Shown here: positions 21,101 through 32,400 of the stretch, piece after piece
Layout: every line of letters begins with the position of its first letter
Numbering within the stretch: the first letter of the stretch is position 1
Assembly: GCA_965226585.1 (NCBI GenBank)
Contig: OZ245366.1
Location: 1,184,001 to 1,248,000, forward strand
DNA length: 64,000 nt
Origin: Thermodesulfobacteriota bacterium
Lineage (GTDB): Bacteria > Desulfobacterota_D > UBA1144 > Nemesobacterales > Mycalebacteriaceae
Direction: 5' to 3'
The notes under the pieces: generated by a model
The model's database searches: none
Told to the model about the DNA's origin: nothing
What the model saw: the letters and a program-made list of their open reading frames with translations, nothing else
Position numbers and translations under genes: made by a program

Positions 21101-24100
21101 GAGTGCGCGGCAACGGCTCTTACACCCTCCGCCACCCGCGCCGAGGCGTTCACGTTGTTCATATAGACATCAGTGGAGGAAATAGCCTTGCCGTCTCTTC
21201 CGTTTGCCCACGCTGTTACTCTATAGACACTAACGCGGCGGGGCAGAAAAAAGCCGGGGGAACTGCTGGTGTAATGGCTGATGGCGACAGAGTTCACCCC
21301 CTCCGCCCAAACTTCTGACGATAGGTCACGGGAGTGGATGCTGTTCCCCGTAATCGTTACGGAGTTCGCCCCGTTTGACCACATTTTTGAACCCTCGCTC
21401 ATGTCGAACCTGCCGGATATGCTTGCCGTTACGGATGAATTGCCTTCAGTCCACAATTCCGCCGACTTCGTAATCTCAAATCTTTCCGCTAAAATCGCCG
21501 CGCTTCCCTCGCCGTTTGCCCACACTTTCGTGTCCGCCCCGCGCACGGTGGCTTCGGAACTTACAACAGTAACGCTGGTGTTTCCCTCAGACCACACTTT
21601 TGAGCCGCCTCTGATTCTCACATTCCGCGCGATGGCGGTGGTGCTGAAATCGCCGTTTGACCAGACACGGGGATCTGAGGCGGCGACAAAGGTTACGGCG
21701 GAAATGGTGTTGCTGTTATCCCCCTCCGTCCACACACTCGCTTGCCCTCTTGTTACACTAATCTCACTCGCCAAAGCCGCCCCGCTTCCGTATCCGTTAG
21801 CCCACACCTTTCCTCTGGAAAGTTTCACGTTAATACCGGGCGCCGCCGCAACGGTTGTGCTGTTCGCCCCTTCAGACCAAATCCTCTGCCTCACACCCGA
21901 GGTTTGATCGTCCACAGTAAAACTTCCGTTCTCGCCAACCGCGCCCGCCCTGTCTATGCGGAGGGTTACGCTTTCACTGCCTTTTGACCACACTTTTATT
22001 CGAGACGGCGCTCTGAGCCGGAGGGCGGTATTGCTGTAAATGGTGATTGTCGCGCTGCCCGCCCCCGTGCTTCCCAACTCTTTTGCGGGCAGATACCCCG
22101 CCATTTGTCCAACTGGAAGCCAGGCGTAGTTGAACGCGAGGGCGGAGCTGTTTTCGCCTGTTGTCCATACGGCGTTTGTCTTTTCAAAGGTGATAACTGA
22201 TGAATCTCCCAGCGGGATGAACCCGTCAAAGACAGTTATCTCCTCCGGGTTTGGTCCGGGGAAACTTTCGTCTTCCTGAACCGTTGTTGAGAATAATGTC
22301 CAGTCAGATCTTCCCGTCCAGAACGAAGAGTTGTAGGAGGCAACGGTAACTGTTCCTCCTTCTATGTTGGCGGCATGAAAAAACGCTCCCAGTTGGTGTT
22401 CAAATCCGATGGTTGAGTTGTGAAGGTTGAGGGTAACGTCCTTTGCCGCCGCCTTAATTTCAAAAGGCGTGGAGAAATCCCCCTTAGCCCACACTTCCGA
22501 GTTGTTCACGGTTATATTTTCGTCAACCGAAACGGCGTTGCTTGGCGACGACCCGTTTGCCCATATTTTCACGCCGTCAATTACTGAGGGTCCGCCCCTT
22601 ATGATAACGGTTGTGCTGTTTGCCCCTTCCGTCCAGAACTCCGCCCTGTCTCCTTCGGTGGAGGAGATAAAAACAGCTCCGCCGCCGCTTGAGACATTCA
22701 CCGCCGAACTTTCCTCTCCCTCAGCCCACACCTTGCCCGCAGTGGTGTACGCAACAGGTCCGCTTCCCGTTTCCAGACGGACTGTCGCGCTTCTGTATCC
22801 TTCCGTCCATGCCTTTCTCACGTTGAAGTGGCCGCCCAAGTCCGCCGGGCTTGCTCCCTGATTTTCAAATACGATGGCTGAACTGCGGAAGCCGTTTGCC
22901 CAAACCGAGTCTATGTTCTCAAAACTCATGCGGCTTGTGATTACCGTGTTGTCAATCCTTGCCGTTGCCGTTCCGCTTCCCGCGACTACCGCCGAGAATA
23001 CTCTGGCTATATCTTTTCCCATCCAGAAAGAGGAGTTTTCCGAAGCAACCGATACTGTTCCGCCGAGTCCTTCCGTGATTCCAAAAAACGCGCCTTGAGC
23101 CGTATCAGAGCCGACAACCGAGTTGTAAAGTTTGAAGTCAACCTCTCCGCTCCGCAGTCCGGACAGTCTGAAAATTGTTCCCTGCCCCACAGCGGAAAGG
23201 TTTGACGAGTTCACGATTACGGTTGCCTTTTTTCCGCTTCCCGACACAGTTGCGTCAACCGCGACCGTCCTGAGTCCCTCAGTCCACAAGGTTGAGTTTT
23301 CTATGGTAACGGATGTTTGCGCGGAAATGGCGTTGCTGTCTGCCCCGTTTGCCCACACTTTCAAGCCGGTAACCGTTGCGATGTTTGCTTTTACGGCTGA
23401 AGAGCGGGCTCCCTCCGCCCAAACTTCTCCCGTTCCGTCTGTTGAACTGATGGCAACCGTTCCCGAACTGTTTCCCGTAACCGCCACATCTCCCGCCCCG
23501 TTTGCCCAGACCCTTGATCCGCCGAGCAAGTCCGCCGTTCCCGCCGCCATCGCGTTTGCCATTTTACCCGCGCCGGTTGCCGCCCATATATCCGAGCCCT
23601 TTATTGTCGCGCTTTCTTCCGATGAAACTGCGTTGCCGCCTGACCCCCCTTTTACCCACACTTTCAAGCCGGTAACCGTTGCGGTGTCTGCTTTTATGGC
23701 TGAAGCCCGGAAGCCCTGCGCCCAAATTCCTCCCGTTCCGTCTGCTGAACTAACGGCAACCGTTCCCGAACCGTTTCCCGTAACCGCCACATCTCCCGCC
23801 CCTTTTGCCCAGACCCTTGCTCCGCCGAGTAATTCCACCACTCCCGCCGCTACCGCTTTTGCCGTTTTACCGTTGCCGGTTTGCGCCCATAAAGTCGCGC
23901 CGTTTATTGTTACGCTTTCTTCCGATGAAACTGCGCTGCCGCCTTCTCCTCTCGTCCAAATCTCTCCCGTTCCGTCAGATGATGTGATGGTTACCGCGCC
24001 CGAATCTTCCGCCCTAACCGCAGACGCGCCCACGCCTCTAGCCCAAACTTTTCCCATGGTTGAGATGTTGACCGTCTCAGCGATTACAGTCGTGCTGTTA

Positions 24101-25005
24101 TCGCCTTGCGTCCAAACGGATGCGGCGGCAACCTTTGCCGTATCCGCAACCACCGCCGCTGAGTTGGTTCCGGTTGCCCAAACTTGTGTGTTGTTGTGGA
24201 TGACTGCCAGTCCTTCAACAACAACCGCGCTGGTGTCTGTGCCGTTAGACCGGATTTCTGACTGTGAAATTGTTACGCCGTCTGATGCTTTGACTGCCGT
24301 GCTGTTTGCGCCTTCCGTCCACACATCAAGCGATGTAATGGACGCGCTTCCGCCTCCGCCCGTAATGTTGACGGCGTAACTGTCATCGCTGAGTGAGTAG
24401 ATTTCGCCCGCTGAGGTGTTGCCTGAGATAGAGATAAGTTCTTCGGATTCAACCGCCAGAGCCGCGCCGCCTGCGGAGCCTGCTTCCAGCGCGAGTTTTG
24501 AATTGTTGCCCACCCAAAAGGTGATGGATGTGTTCACGCCTTTGAATTCAGCGGTGTTCACGCTACCGCCGCCTGAGGTAACAAGCATATTGTCTGTTAT
24601 TCTTGCGGCTATATTTCCCTGTCTGATATTTACGCTAATCGCCGCGCTTCCGCCTGAGTTTATAACGTCTGTTTTTCCGTCTCTTGAGCGGACATCCAGA
24701 TCAAGGTTTGTAATGATACTGGTGTTTGTGTTTGGGTCTCTTGCGTAGGTAATTGTGGAACTAATTCCGTCTCCTCCGATTAGCGGAACGGGGTTTGCGG
24801 CTTCAATGATGAAGGGGGTAGTGGTTATGTTGTATGTAATAACCCCGCGTGTGTGTTTTTCATCAAGAATTTCGAATTGTTCAGAGGGAGACTCCGGAAA
24901 CGGGAGGATTGTCACGGGAGAATTTGTCTGGGAATAAGATACGCCCGGCACGATGAGGGTGAATAAAAGAGCAATCAGGGAGAGGGCGAATGAGCGTTTA
25001 AGCAT
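18142..25005 (-). CDS. Giant autotransporter adhesin-like protein AT3 (2287 aa)
   Basis: Signal peptide MLKRSFALSLIALLFTLIVPGVSYS/Q, VWxxGxxSxA repeats, and a barrel nearly identical to AT1 ending GGVNYRF. Confidence 0.92.
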   Translation of the reverse strand: MLKRSFALSLIALLFTLIVPGVSYSQTNSPVTILPFPESPSEQFEILDEKHTRGVITYNITTTPFIIEAANPVPLIGGDGISSTITYARDPNTNTSIITNLDLDVRSRDGKTDVINSGGSAAISVNIRQGNIAARITDNMLVTSGGGSVNTAEFKGVNTSITFWVGNNSKLALEAGSAGGAALAVESEELISISGNTSAGEIYSLSDDSYAVNITGGGGSASITSLDVWTEGANSTAVKASDGVTISQSEIRSNGTDTSAVVVEGLAVIHNNTQVWATGTNSAAVVADTAKVAAASVWTQGDNSTTVIAETVNISTMGKVWARGVGASAVRAEDSGAVTITSSDGTGEIWTRGEGGSAVSSEESVTINGATLWAQTGNGKTAKAVAAGVVELLGGARVWAKGAGDVAVTGNGSGTVAVSSADGTGGIWAQGFRASAIKADTATVTGLKVWVKGGSGGNAVSSEESATIKGSDIWAATGAGKMANAMAAGTADLLGGSRVWANGAGDVAVTGNSSGTVAISSTDGTGEVWAEGARSSAVKANIATVTGLKVWANGADSNAISAQTSVTIENSTLWTEGLRTVAVDATVSGSGKKATVIVNSSNLSAVGQGTIFRLSGLRSGEVDFKLYNSVVGSDTAQGAFFGITEGLGGTVSVASENSSFWMGKDIARVFSAVVAGSGTATARIDNTVITSRMSFENIDSVWANGFRSSAIVFENQGASPADLGGHFNVRKAWTEGYRSATVRLETGSGPVAYTTAGKVWAEGEESSAVNVSSGGGAVFISSTEGDRAEFWTEGANSTTVIIRGGPSVIDGVKIWANGSSPSNAVSVDENITVNNSEVWAKGDFSTPFEIKAAAKDVTLNLHNSTIGFEHQLGAFFHAANIEGGTVTVASYNSSFWTGRSDWTLFSTTVQEDESFPGPNPEEITVFDGFIPLGDSSVITFEKTNAVWTTGENSSALAFNYAWLPVGQMAGYLPAKELGSTGAGSATITIYSNTALRLRAPSRIKVWSKGSESVTLRIDRAGAVGENGSFTVDDQTSGVRQRIWSEGANSTTVAAAPGINVKLSRGKVWANGYGSGAALASEISVTRGQASVWTEGDNSNTISAVTFVAASDPRVWSNGDFSTTAIARNVRIRGGSKVWSEGNTSVTVVSSEATVRGADTKVWANGEGSAAILAERFEITKSAELWTEGNSSVTASISGRFDMSEGSKMWSNGANSVTITGNSIHSRDLSSEVWAEGVNSVAISHYTSSSPGFFLPRRVSVYRVTAWANGRDGKAISSTDVYMNNVNASARVAEGVRAVAAHSANRTVPGDIVIARSVSMTVEDSTIWATGGASAIATEETSTVRLNVRGDTDVWTTGNNVNTMEVNASQPFGDIEVRLMGGPLRVWSNGANASAVEITTASQESFDVFFRSSGNSAKIFSEGENSSALSIKTHRPGGGYGYVAAVAVLEGGTEIYTEGVSGTALLAEINDGDLFRLNIRGNAAVFTNAADSGGVDASQNRGSIIFNMSANARIRTSAGNSTAIRAVAGGDDVNFFLNASDNSRIEAAGDLSSGIVSEMINGVTTVSLKGGAQVIAGLPDHGTTAGAIYANSADGNINIALANTSQVIMRGHSASDAIVAETENGDISFSMSEDSRLSVIPDRSSAFRGASSGSGNVAITVSGQAVVNASGNGAKAIIARADTGYANVIIEEGSAVYANGGAVISGTGISANTANGGAFVWVNGSVNVTGGVAIKMSAGAKVGTGTLGYDKREVTVGGTGKVYGDIDTSAVVGGASVTIAAGAVYDGTNITTTSSSSGRRSVSSGGDGRSRLGSAGTAEFVETEPEKSGGGSLNFGDSDGDTLTVNGTLVIRSGETINGLEKISFGANSTLVIMADPESVAGNPLIDLEGTITAEDVEGFNVEVEVPGAHVTEYTIFEAEALPDGEERQEVADRLSAEIGERISVETDENGNLFLRATSHKDTSLDVYDALIQSAYRSDRNFADKLARGCGISGAASDEIEGEFWTGGCVWATSGGRYTRHTSAIQYDEDVYSFTGGFSAPFSGVLVSIAGGYEISDIDASSETETAADTKGLGKASGDATRFMGGIFAEALVDEFVIDGNLRYGSTSWEATRTAGNSYSADVDATVFGGEIGAARPFLMGEFAFFPRVAVGASQITADKFVETSLTTGTDAAAAAMDAFGVDEISELLVYVSPSIEARSPLNETINMWIRTGADIQVLNPESEIEGRLARDNVPVDGTMDRVMFTYGAGFEYSPYEKFNVSFEYGGGVSSSVDTFVQQFRGGVNYRF

Positions 25006-25038
25006 TAATTTATTACGGGTAAGGGCTGATTTGTAGAA

Positions 25039-25066
25039 ATTGTATTGCGTAGGTGTTTTTTGTCAA
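25039..25066 (-). promoter_or_regulatory. Putative sigma70 promoter of AT3
   Basis: TTGACA-16 bp-TACAAT. The same arrangement occurs upstream of AT4. Confidence 0.7.
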
Positions 25067-25331
25067 ACGGGCGGGGGTAAAAGGGGGTTTTTGAAGCAGG
25101 AATCCAGTATTGGTTAACCAGTTGAATACTGGATTCCGTGTCAAGCACGGAATGACGGGAAGGGGAAAAGGCACGGAATGACGGGAAGGGGAAAAGGCAC
25201 GGAATGACGGGAGTGGAGAAGCGTCATTCCGTTGCCTCCTCTGTCATTCCTGCGAAAGCAGGAATCCAGTATTGGTTAGCCAGTTGAATACTGGATTCCG
25301 TGTCAAGCACGGAATGACGGAAGTGGAGAAA

Positions 25332-25716
25332 CGTCATTCCTGCGAAAGCAGGAATCCAGTATTATTTAACCCGATGGACAAAAATCCCGCAGTCTACATA
25401 ATGGCGAGCAAGCGAAACGGAACACTTTACACAGGTGTAACCAGCAACCTGCCCGCCCGCGCTTGGGAGCATAAGAACAGCGCGACAGAAGGTTTTACAG
25501 ACAAATACAGTGTCCACCTGCTTGTGTACTTTGAAGTGCACGAGGATATGAATTCAGCAATTGAACGCGAGAAGCAGATAAAGCAATGGAAACGCCAGTG
25601 GAAATTGGAACTTATAGAGAAAGACAACCCTGAATGGAAAGATTTGTATGAGGATATTGTTTGAGTAGGGGTTTCGCCAGTTGAATACTGGATTCCGTGT
25701 CAAGCACGGAATGACG
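25332..25716 (+). mobile_element. Candidate autonomous element: left palindrome + GIY-YIG gene + right palindrome (385 bp)
   Basis: The left half of the doublet (25332-25363) and the right half (25684-25716) are intact and separated by the nuclease gene instead of the 13-bp spacer. Mobility is inferred, not shown. Confidence 0.6.
25374..25664 (+). CDS. Stand-alone GIY-YIG nuclease (YhbQ/UPF0213-like, 96 aa)
   Basis: AVYIMASKRNGTLYTGVTSNLPARAWEH, GFTDKY, AIEREKQIKQWKRQWKLELIEKDNPEW; the Tyr, Tyr-x-Gly, Arg, His, Glu and Asn positions of the family are present. The ORF-track extension from 25272 is translated repeat. Confidence 0.92.
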   Translation: MDKNPAVYIMASKRNGTLYTGVTSNLPARAWEHKNSATEGFTDKYSVHLLVYFEVHEDMNSAIEREKQIKQWKRQWKLELIEKDNPEWKDLYEDIV

Positions 25717-26496
25717 GGAAGGAGAAAAGGCACGGAATGACGGGAGTGGAGAAACGTCATTCCGTTGCCTCCTCCGTCATTCCTGCGAAAGCAGGAATCC
25801 AGTATTAATTAGCCAGTTGAATACTGGATTCCGTGTCAGGCACGGAATGACGGGAAGGGGAAAAGGCACGGAATGACGGGAGTGGAGAAGCGTCATTCCG
25901 TTGCCTCCTCTGTCATTCCTGCGAAAGCAGGAATCCAGTATTAGTTAGCCAGTTGAATACTGGATTCCGTGTCAAGCACGGAATGACGGAAAGGGGAAAA
26001 GGCACGGAATGACGGGAGTGGAGAAACGTCATTCCGTTGCCTCCTCTGTCATTCCTGCGAAAGCAGGAATCCAGTATTAGTTAACCAGTTGAATACTGGA
26101 TTCCGTGTCAAGCACGGAATGACGGGATGGGGAAAAAGGCACGGAATGACGGGAGTGGAGAAACGTCATTCCGTTGCCTCCCCCCGTCATTCCTGCGAAA
26201 GCAGGAATCCAGTATTAGTTAGCCAGTTGAATACTGGATTCCGTGTCAAGCACGGAATGACGGAAAGGGGAAAAGGCACGGAATGACGGGAAGGGGAAAA
26301 GGCACGGAATGACGGGAGTGGAGAAACGTCATTCCGTTGCCTCCCCCCGTCATTCCTGCGAAAGCAGGAATCCAGTATTAATTAACCAGTTGAATACTGG
26401 ATTCCGTGTCAGGCACGGAATGACGGAAAAAAAACAATCAACGGAATGACGGAATGGTGGAAAGCACGGAATGACGGAAGCGGCAGGTATCCAGTA

Positions 26497-29400
26497 TTAA
26501 AACCTGTAATTAACCCCGCCTCTGAACTGTTGCACAAATGTATTAAAACTCGCGCTGGTTCCGCCGCCGTATTCTATGCTTATGTTCAAACTGTCGTAGG
26601 GGTTGTATTCCATTCCGGCGGAGTAGGTGAACATCACCCTGTCCATTGTGCCGTCTCTGAGGACATTCTCGGGAACATCAGGGTCGCCGTCATTTGCGCC
26701 GTCTCTTATAAGCCGCCCCTCAATCTCAGATTCAGGGTTTAGCACTTGCACATCCGCTCCGGCTCTCATCCACATGCTTAACATCTCACTCACAGGACTC
26801 CGCGCCTCTATTGACGGATTTACATACACCAACAACTCACTCGTATCTTCTACATAAAACTTGTCCATATCCGCCGCCGTTTCCTCATTCACGCTGTCCG
26901 TATCGGGGTCATCCACCGCAAGCGAATTCTCAACGAACTTGTCCGCCGTTATGTACGATGCTCCCAACTCAAGACGAGGCAGTAAGGCAAACTTGCCGGA
27001 TAAAAACGGCTTGGTAACGGCTATCGCGCCGCCGAATACTGTCGCGTCCACATCAGCCGAATAACTGTCGCCGTCCGCCGTTCTGGTCGCCTCCCAACTT
27101 GTTCCCGCATAACGCAGGTTGCCGTCAACAACAAACTCATCAATAACACCCTCGGCAAATATGCCGCCCATAAATCTTGTTGCGTCTCCACCCGCTTTGG
27201 CAAGCCCCCTTGTGTCTTCATCAAATGCCGTCTCCGCGCTTGCGTCTATTGTGGATATCTCATATCCGCCCGCTACTGAAACAAGCACTCCGCTGAACGG
27301 GGCGGATACTCCGCCGGTGAAGGAATAAACATCCTCGTCATACTGTATCGCCGATGTGTGCCTTGTGTATCTTCCGCCAGATGTTGCCCATACGCATCCA
27401 GTCCAGAAATCTCCGCCCATCTCATCACTTGCCGCGCCGCCGGTTCCGCATCCTCGCGCCAACTTGTCGGCAAAGTTTCTGTCTGAACGATAGGCGGACT
27501 GTATCAGCGCGTCATATACATCCAAACTTGTGTCTTTGTGCGATGTCGCTCTCAAAAACAGATTGCCGTCTCCATCTGTCTCAACGCTTACCATTTCACC
27601 CGCCGCCGCGCTCAGGCGGTCTGCAACCTTTTGCCTTTCTTCGCCGTCCGGCAGGGCTTCCGCTTCAAAAATTGTGTATTCCGTTACGTGCGTTCCGGGA
27701 ACATCAACTTCAACATTGAAACCTTCAATGTCTTCAGCGGTTATCGTTCCCTCAAGGTCTATCAGCGGGTCGCCCGCCACGCTTTCAGGGTCTGCCATGA
27801 TAACAAGGGTCGCGTTTTCACCGAAAGTCATTTTCTCCAAGCCGTTCATAGATGTTCCCCGGTCAACCTCCCAAGTTCCGTCAAACATGAAACTGTCTTC
27901 GCCTTCTCCAAAGTCTAAAAGAATGAACGCAGATTCCGGCTCAGTTTCCACAACCTCAACGGGTTCCGCAGAACCAAGACGGAAACGCCCGTCTCCGCCG
28001 GATGACGCAGACCTTCTTCTGCTGGCGCACAAACTTGACGTATGGCCGCCTAATTCCACACTGCTAAAGCAACCTGTGCCACTGTATGAGGCACCGGAAA
28101 GAGAGAGCGTGTCATCTCCATCTCCCATAGCAAAAGTTCCCGTAAACCTCCAACCGGCGTTTTTTATGGAAACAATGTCAGCGCCCCTGCCCAAATCCCC
28201 GCTTCCCGTGAATGCTATTATTGATGAACCACTTAGTCCGTTCACGTAAATTTGGTCAATGTGTGACGTTCCACTAATATGACCGTGTATCCCGCCCTGA
28301 CCAGTACTTGCCAACTCCATAATAATTTTTCTGCTGACTGCCGGCCGCAGACTTGGCTGCACTCTCGCTTCGGCTACCAGATTTACCGCAGTCGCGCCCG
28401 GCGCGTACACAAACCCTCCCTTTATGTGAACCAGAATGCCCCCGTCACTCGTTTGCGCTTTAATCGCGGTTGAACTGCTTTGCGATACCTTCACAAACGA
28501 CCCCCTCTCCATAATCACGTTCGCGTGTTCTCTGACGCCGCCCGCCACAAATTTGTTGGTCGCGCTTCGCGCCAATATTCCTATCGCGCCCGCGCCGGTT
28601 AAGTTCAAACCCATGGTTGCTCCAATGTTCACAACCGCGTCTCCGACACGCCCCCCATTCGCGGTAATTCCGACCGCCCTGTCGCCATTCAACTGAACTA
28701 TCTGGTTGTTGGCATCCTGATTTTGGGTTCTTCTGTGGTGAAAATCAACTCTCGCCAATGCTCCGGATTCCGTAAGCACTGAAACAAACTTGCTGTCATG
28801 TCCGTGCGCGTGAAATCTGTTGTCGAAGCCCGAAAGCCCTACGCCGCGAGTAGAAACAATATTTCCCCTCACGCTTCCGCCGTCAACTACTTGCGCATGA
28901 AAAGCCGTGCTCCTGTCGCCTGTTACAAACAGGTCTCCCCGCACATCAAACCCTATGTTTCCCTTTCTGGCACTTATAAGCACCCCGTAACTGTCTGCGC
29001 CGGCGGCGGAGACGGTGGTGTTGGAATTCTGGCTATACACAACATCCGACGCTTTGGGGTTTGGACCCAAAGTGCCCAATCTTACCGCAGTACTGCCCGT
29101 CCCGTTTGTCCACACTCGAGCCCGATGCGCGGTGTCTGTGCCGAGGGTGAATGTTAAGGGTGTTCCGGATTGCGCATGCAGTTGAAGGGCAACGGCAGTG
29201 CTGTCTCTCGCCTCCGTCCACACTTGCGCACCCCCGCTAATGGTGGCTGTTACAGTTTCCGACAGACTGTCTGCGCCCAAGGCGGTGCTTGAGTGCCTTG
29301 TCGCCCACACTTTTGCCGACCCTCCAATGTTAATGTTAATTTTTCCGAAGTCCGTAACGGCGCTGAATGCGCTTGACCTGTCAGTCTGGATTGACAGCCG

Positions 29401-32400
29401 CGCACTTCCGCTCATTGAAAGAGTAACGTTTCCGCCCCGTGTGCCCGTGGTAATCGCGTCTGCAAGGAAATGACCGCGCATAGTTACTTGAGAGGTGTCG
29501 GCAAGCGTAATGTTTATGTCTCCGTCCGCGCTGTTCGCGTAGATGCCTTTGGCGGCGCTTCCGTATTGCGGTTGTCCGGCTACCACCTGCGCGCCGCCTT
29601 TCAAACTGACGGTTATAACTCCGTTGCGGCTTTGCAGTCTGACGGTATTGGTATTCGACTGCCCTGAGGAAACATACGCCGAATCCGGATTCCCCACCGC
29701 CGCGCCTGCCGCCGCCGCCGCGCCGTTGATATAAAGCCCTATGTCTCCGTCCAGCGATAACGCTCGTATGGTGTAGCCGTGCTTACTGGAGAAAGAGACT
29801 TTCGCCTTGTCGGAAATGATTATTTTTGTCTCCCCGTTAACCATTTCCGACACAATGCCTCTTGACAGGTCTCCTCCCGCCTCTATCCGGGAGTCGCCTG
29901 ATGCGGTAAGGAGAAAACTGGTCTCAGTTCCGCCTCGCGTTCCGGTGGTTTTGGCTTCCGCCCTGACGGCGTTGCTCGCCCCGCCGCCAACTTTTATCCG
30001 CGCTCTGTCTTCCAGATTAACTCTTATGCTTCCGATGTTCATTTTTACATCAACCGCGTCTGACATTCCGGCGGCTTCAATTAGTGAGTCGTCTTTCATG
30101 CTGAGGGTGAACCCGGTTCCGTCATCCATATCCGCCCGTACCACCGCGCTTCCCGTCCCGCCCGCGTATGCCCGCGCCGTGCCATCCAAACTTACTCCAA
30201 ACGAGATGCCGCTTCTTGCCGCGCCCGTGTATGTTTCATCTATGTTGATGACGGAACTGCCCGCTCCGTTTGCGAACACCCTTGCGCTGTCAGTAATGTT
30301 CAAGTTGAAACTGGTTTGGCTGATGCGGTGAAAATGGCTAATCACTTTGCTTCCCGTGCCTACCGCATACACTTGCGCGGAGCCCTCAACGCTTATGACT
30401 GATGCCGGTCTGGCGAGCGCGAATCCGAGCGGGGCTGTTGAATTCGTTATTATCACGTTACTGTCCGCCCCGTTTGTGAAAACCCGCGCCGTGCCTTTAA
30501 CGGTTACGTCCACGGGTCTGACATCGTCTCTTGTATAATTTGAGGTTATATCCAGCGCGCCACTGCTTCCGGCGGCGGCGTAAATTTGCGCGCTTCCCGC
30601 AACAGACACATTTGCCGCTCCGTTGGTTCGTATCACAACCGCGTTTCCCGTTTGCTCCACAAAAATCTTTGCGTTCTCTTTTATGGAGAGGTTGGCGCCT
30701 TCGGTTCCGCTTCCGGCGTCGGCTTCCATAAAGAGCGCGTTCGCTCCGATTCCGACCGCGCCAATAAACGCGCTGTCTTCAAGCGTAACGGTGATTCCCT
30801 GCGCGCCCTTAGTGCCTGTCGGCATAACGCGATTGGACGATAAGTGAACACCGCTTTTCTTTCCGCCATTGGTGAATATGCTTGAAGAGTCTTTCATGGA
30901 CAGGATGGCAAAGGAAGATCCCGAATGAATTCGCACTCCCGTTCCGCCTTCCTCAATGGTTGCGGGGGTGGAGGAAGGCAGGGCGGCTGTGTTCACAACC
31001 GCCGTGCCTGTCATGTCCATACGGGCTGTTCCGGTTCCCGCGAAAGCGCGTATGGCGTTTGACCCCGCGCTCGTGTTCACGGCTGAAGAATCCACAGTTA
31101 TTGTCGTGCTACCCGAACTTGCCGCGTTGACGGCGATTGCGCCGCGCTGTTGGGCTCTTTGTATCCAGGTTCCGTTGTATATTCCCACCGTTGTAGAGCC
31201 GCCCGCCGACATCTTAATGACGTTGAATGAAGCAAGCGTTCTCACCAACGTGTTGGAGAAGAGAACTGACATGGCGCCGCTGCCGGCTGTCGCTTCCATT
31301 AATATCGGAACGCCGGCTCCGTTTGCGACTATGTTTGTATCGTAGATTTCCATTCTAACTGTGTCGTTTGTTACCTGTATCATTTCGCCCGCGAGCGTTT
31401 TCCAGATATCGGACTGGTTGGCAATCAACTGCCCCGCCACAATCGCCGTTGACCTCGTGCCGTTTGTGTGCACACGCGACCGTGTGATGGTTACCCCTTT
31501 GGTTGTGGAAATTGCGTCTGCCCCCGAACTGCCTTGTGAGTACACTTCCGAGTTGTTCACATTCACGCTTCCCCCCGCAGAAACCGCGATGCTTATGAAT
31601 CCGTTTGACCACACTGTTGAGTCCGTTATATCCACGTCTCCCGGCGTTCTGATTGTTGCCGCTTGCGTTCCGTCTGACCAAACTTTCGCGCCGGTCTTGA
31701 TATTCACATCTCCGCCGGCGGCAATCGCGTTTGATTTATCGCCGCTCGCGCCCACTGTCCCGCCGTTGACTAAAACGGTGGTCGCTGAAACGGCATTGCC
31801 TCCTGCGCTGTCAGTCAAAACTGAGGCGCCGTCATGAACTGACACGGTTGTTGCCTTAACGGTTGACGCATTGGTTCCGCCGCCCGTCCAAATCTCTCCC
31901 ATTCCGTCTGATGAAACGATGGTTACACTTGCCGAAGTTCCCCCCGTAACCGCAGACGAGTTCGCGCCGCCAGCCCAGATTCTTGCCCCGCCGGACACAT
32001 TCACCGTTGCCGCCCTTACGGTTATGGCTCCAACCCCGTTGCTCCCGACTTTCGCCTTGTGGACTTTCACCGTTGCCGCTTCCGTTATGGTTTCCGTTGC
32101 GGCTCCGTCCGTCCAAATCTCTCCCATTCCGTCAGATGAAAATATGTTTATAACTGCCGCCGTTCCCGCGTTCACCGCGTATGCTCCCGCGCCGTTTGCC
32201 CAAACCCTCGCCCCGCCGGACACATTCACGGTTGCCGTATTTATGGTTGAGGCTCCGGTGCCATTGCTCCAAACCTGCGCCCCGTTCACCACCACAGTTG
32301 CCGCTTCCGTTATCGTTGCCTTGCTGTCTCCGTGCGTCCAAATCTCTCCCATTCCGTCTGATGAAAGAATGGTTACAACTTCCGCCGTTCCCGCATCCAC

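Larger units (their letters stand above)
25095..26497. repeat. Large repeat array: truncated doublet (25095), doublet 25242, the nuclease-containing unit, and doublets 25775, 25911, 26047, 26185, 26348
   Basis: Period of about 136 bp with linker GGAAGGGGAAAAGGCACGGAATGACGGGAGTGGAGAAACGTCATTCCGTTGCCTCCTC. Confidence 0.95.

Noticed and set aside
25095..26497. RNA-guided nuclease with a guide array
   Set aside because: The only variable part is about 4-6 nt of a 13-bp spacer, too little to specify targets, and the 96-aa protein has no recognisable RNA-binding domain. It cannot be excluded without RNA data, but nothing here supports it.
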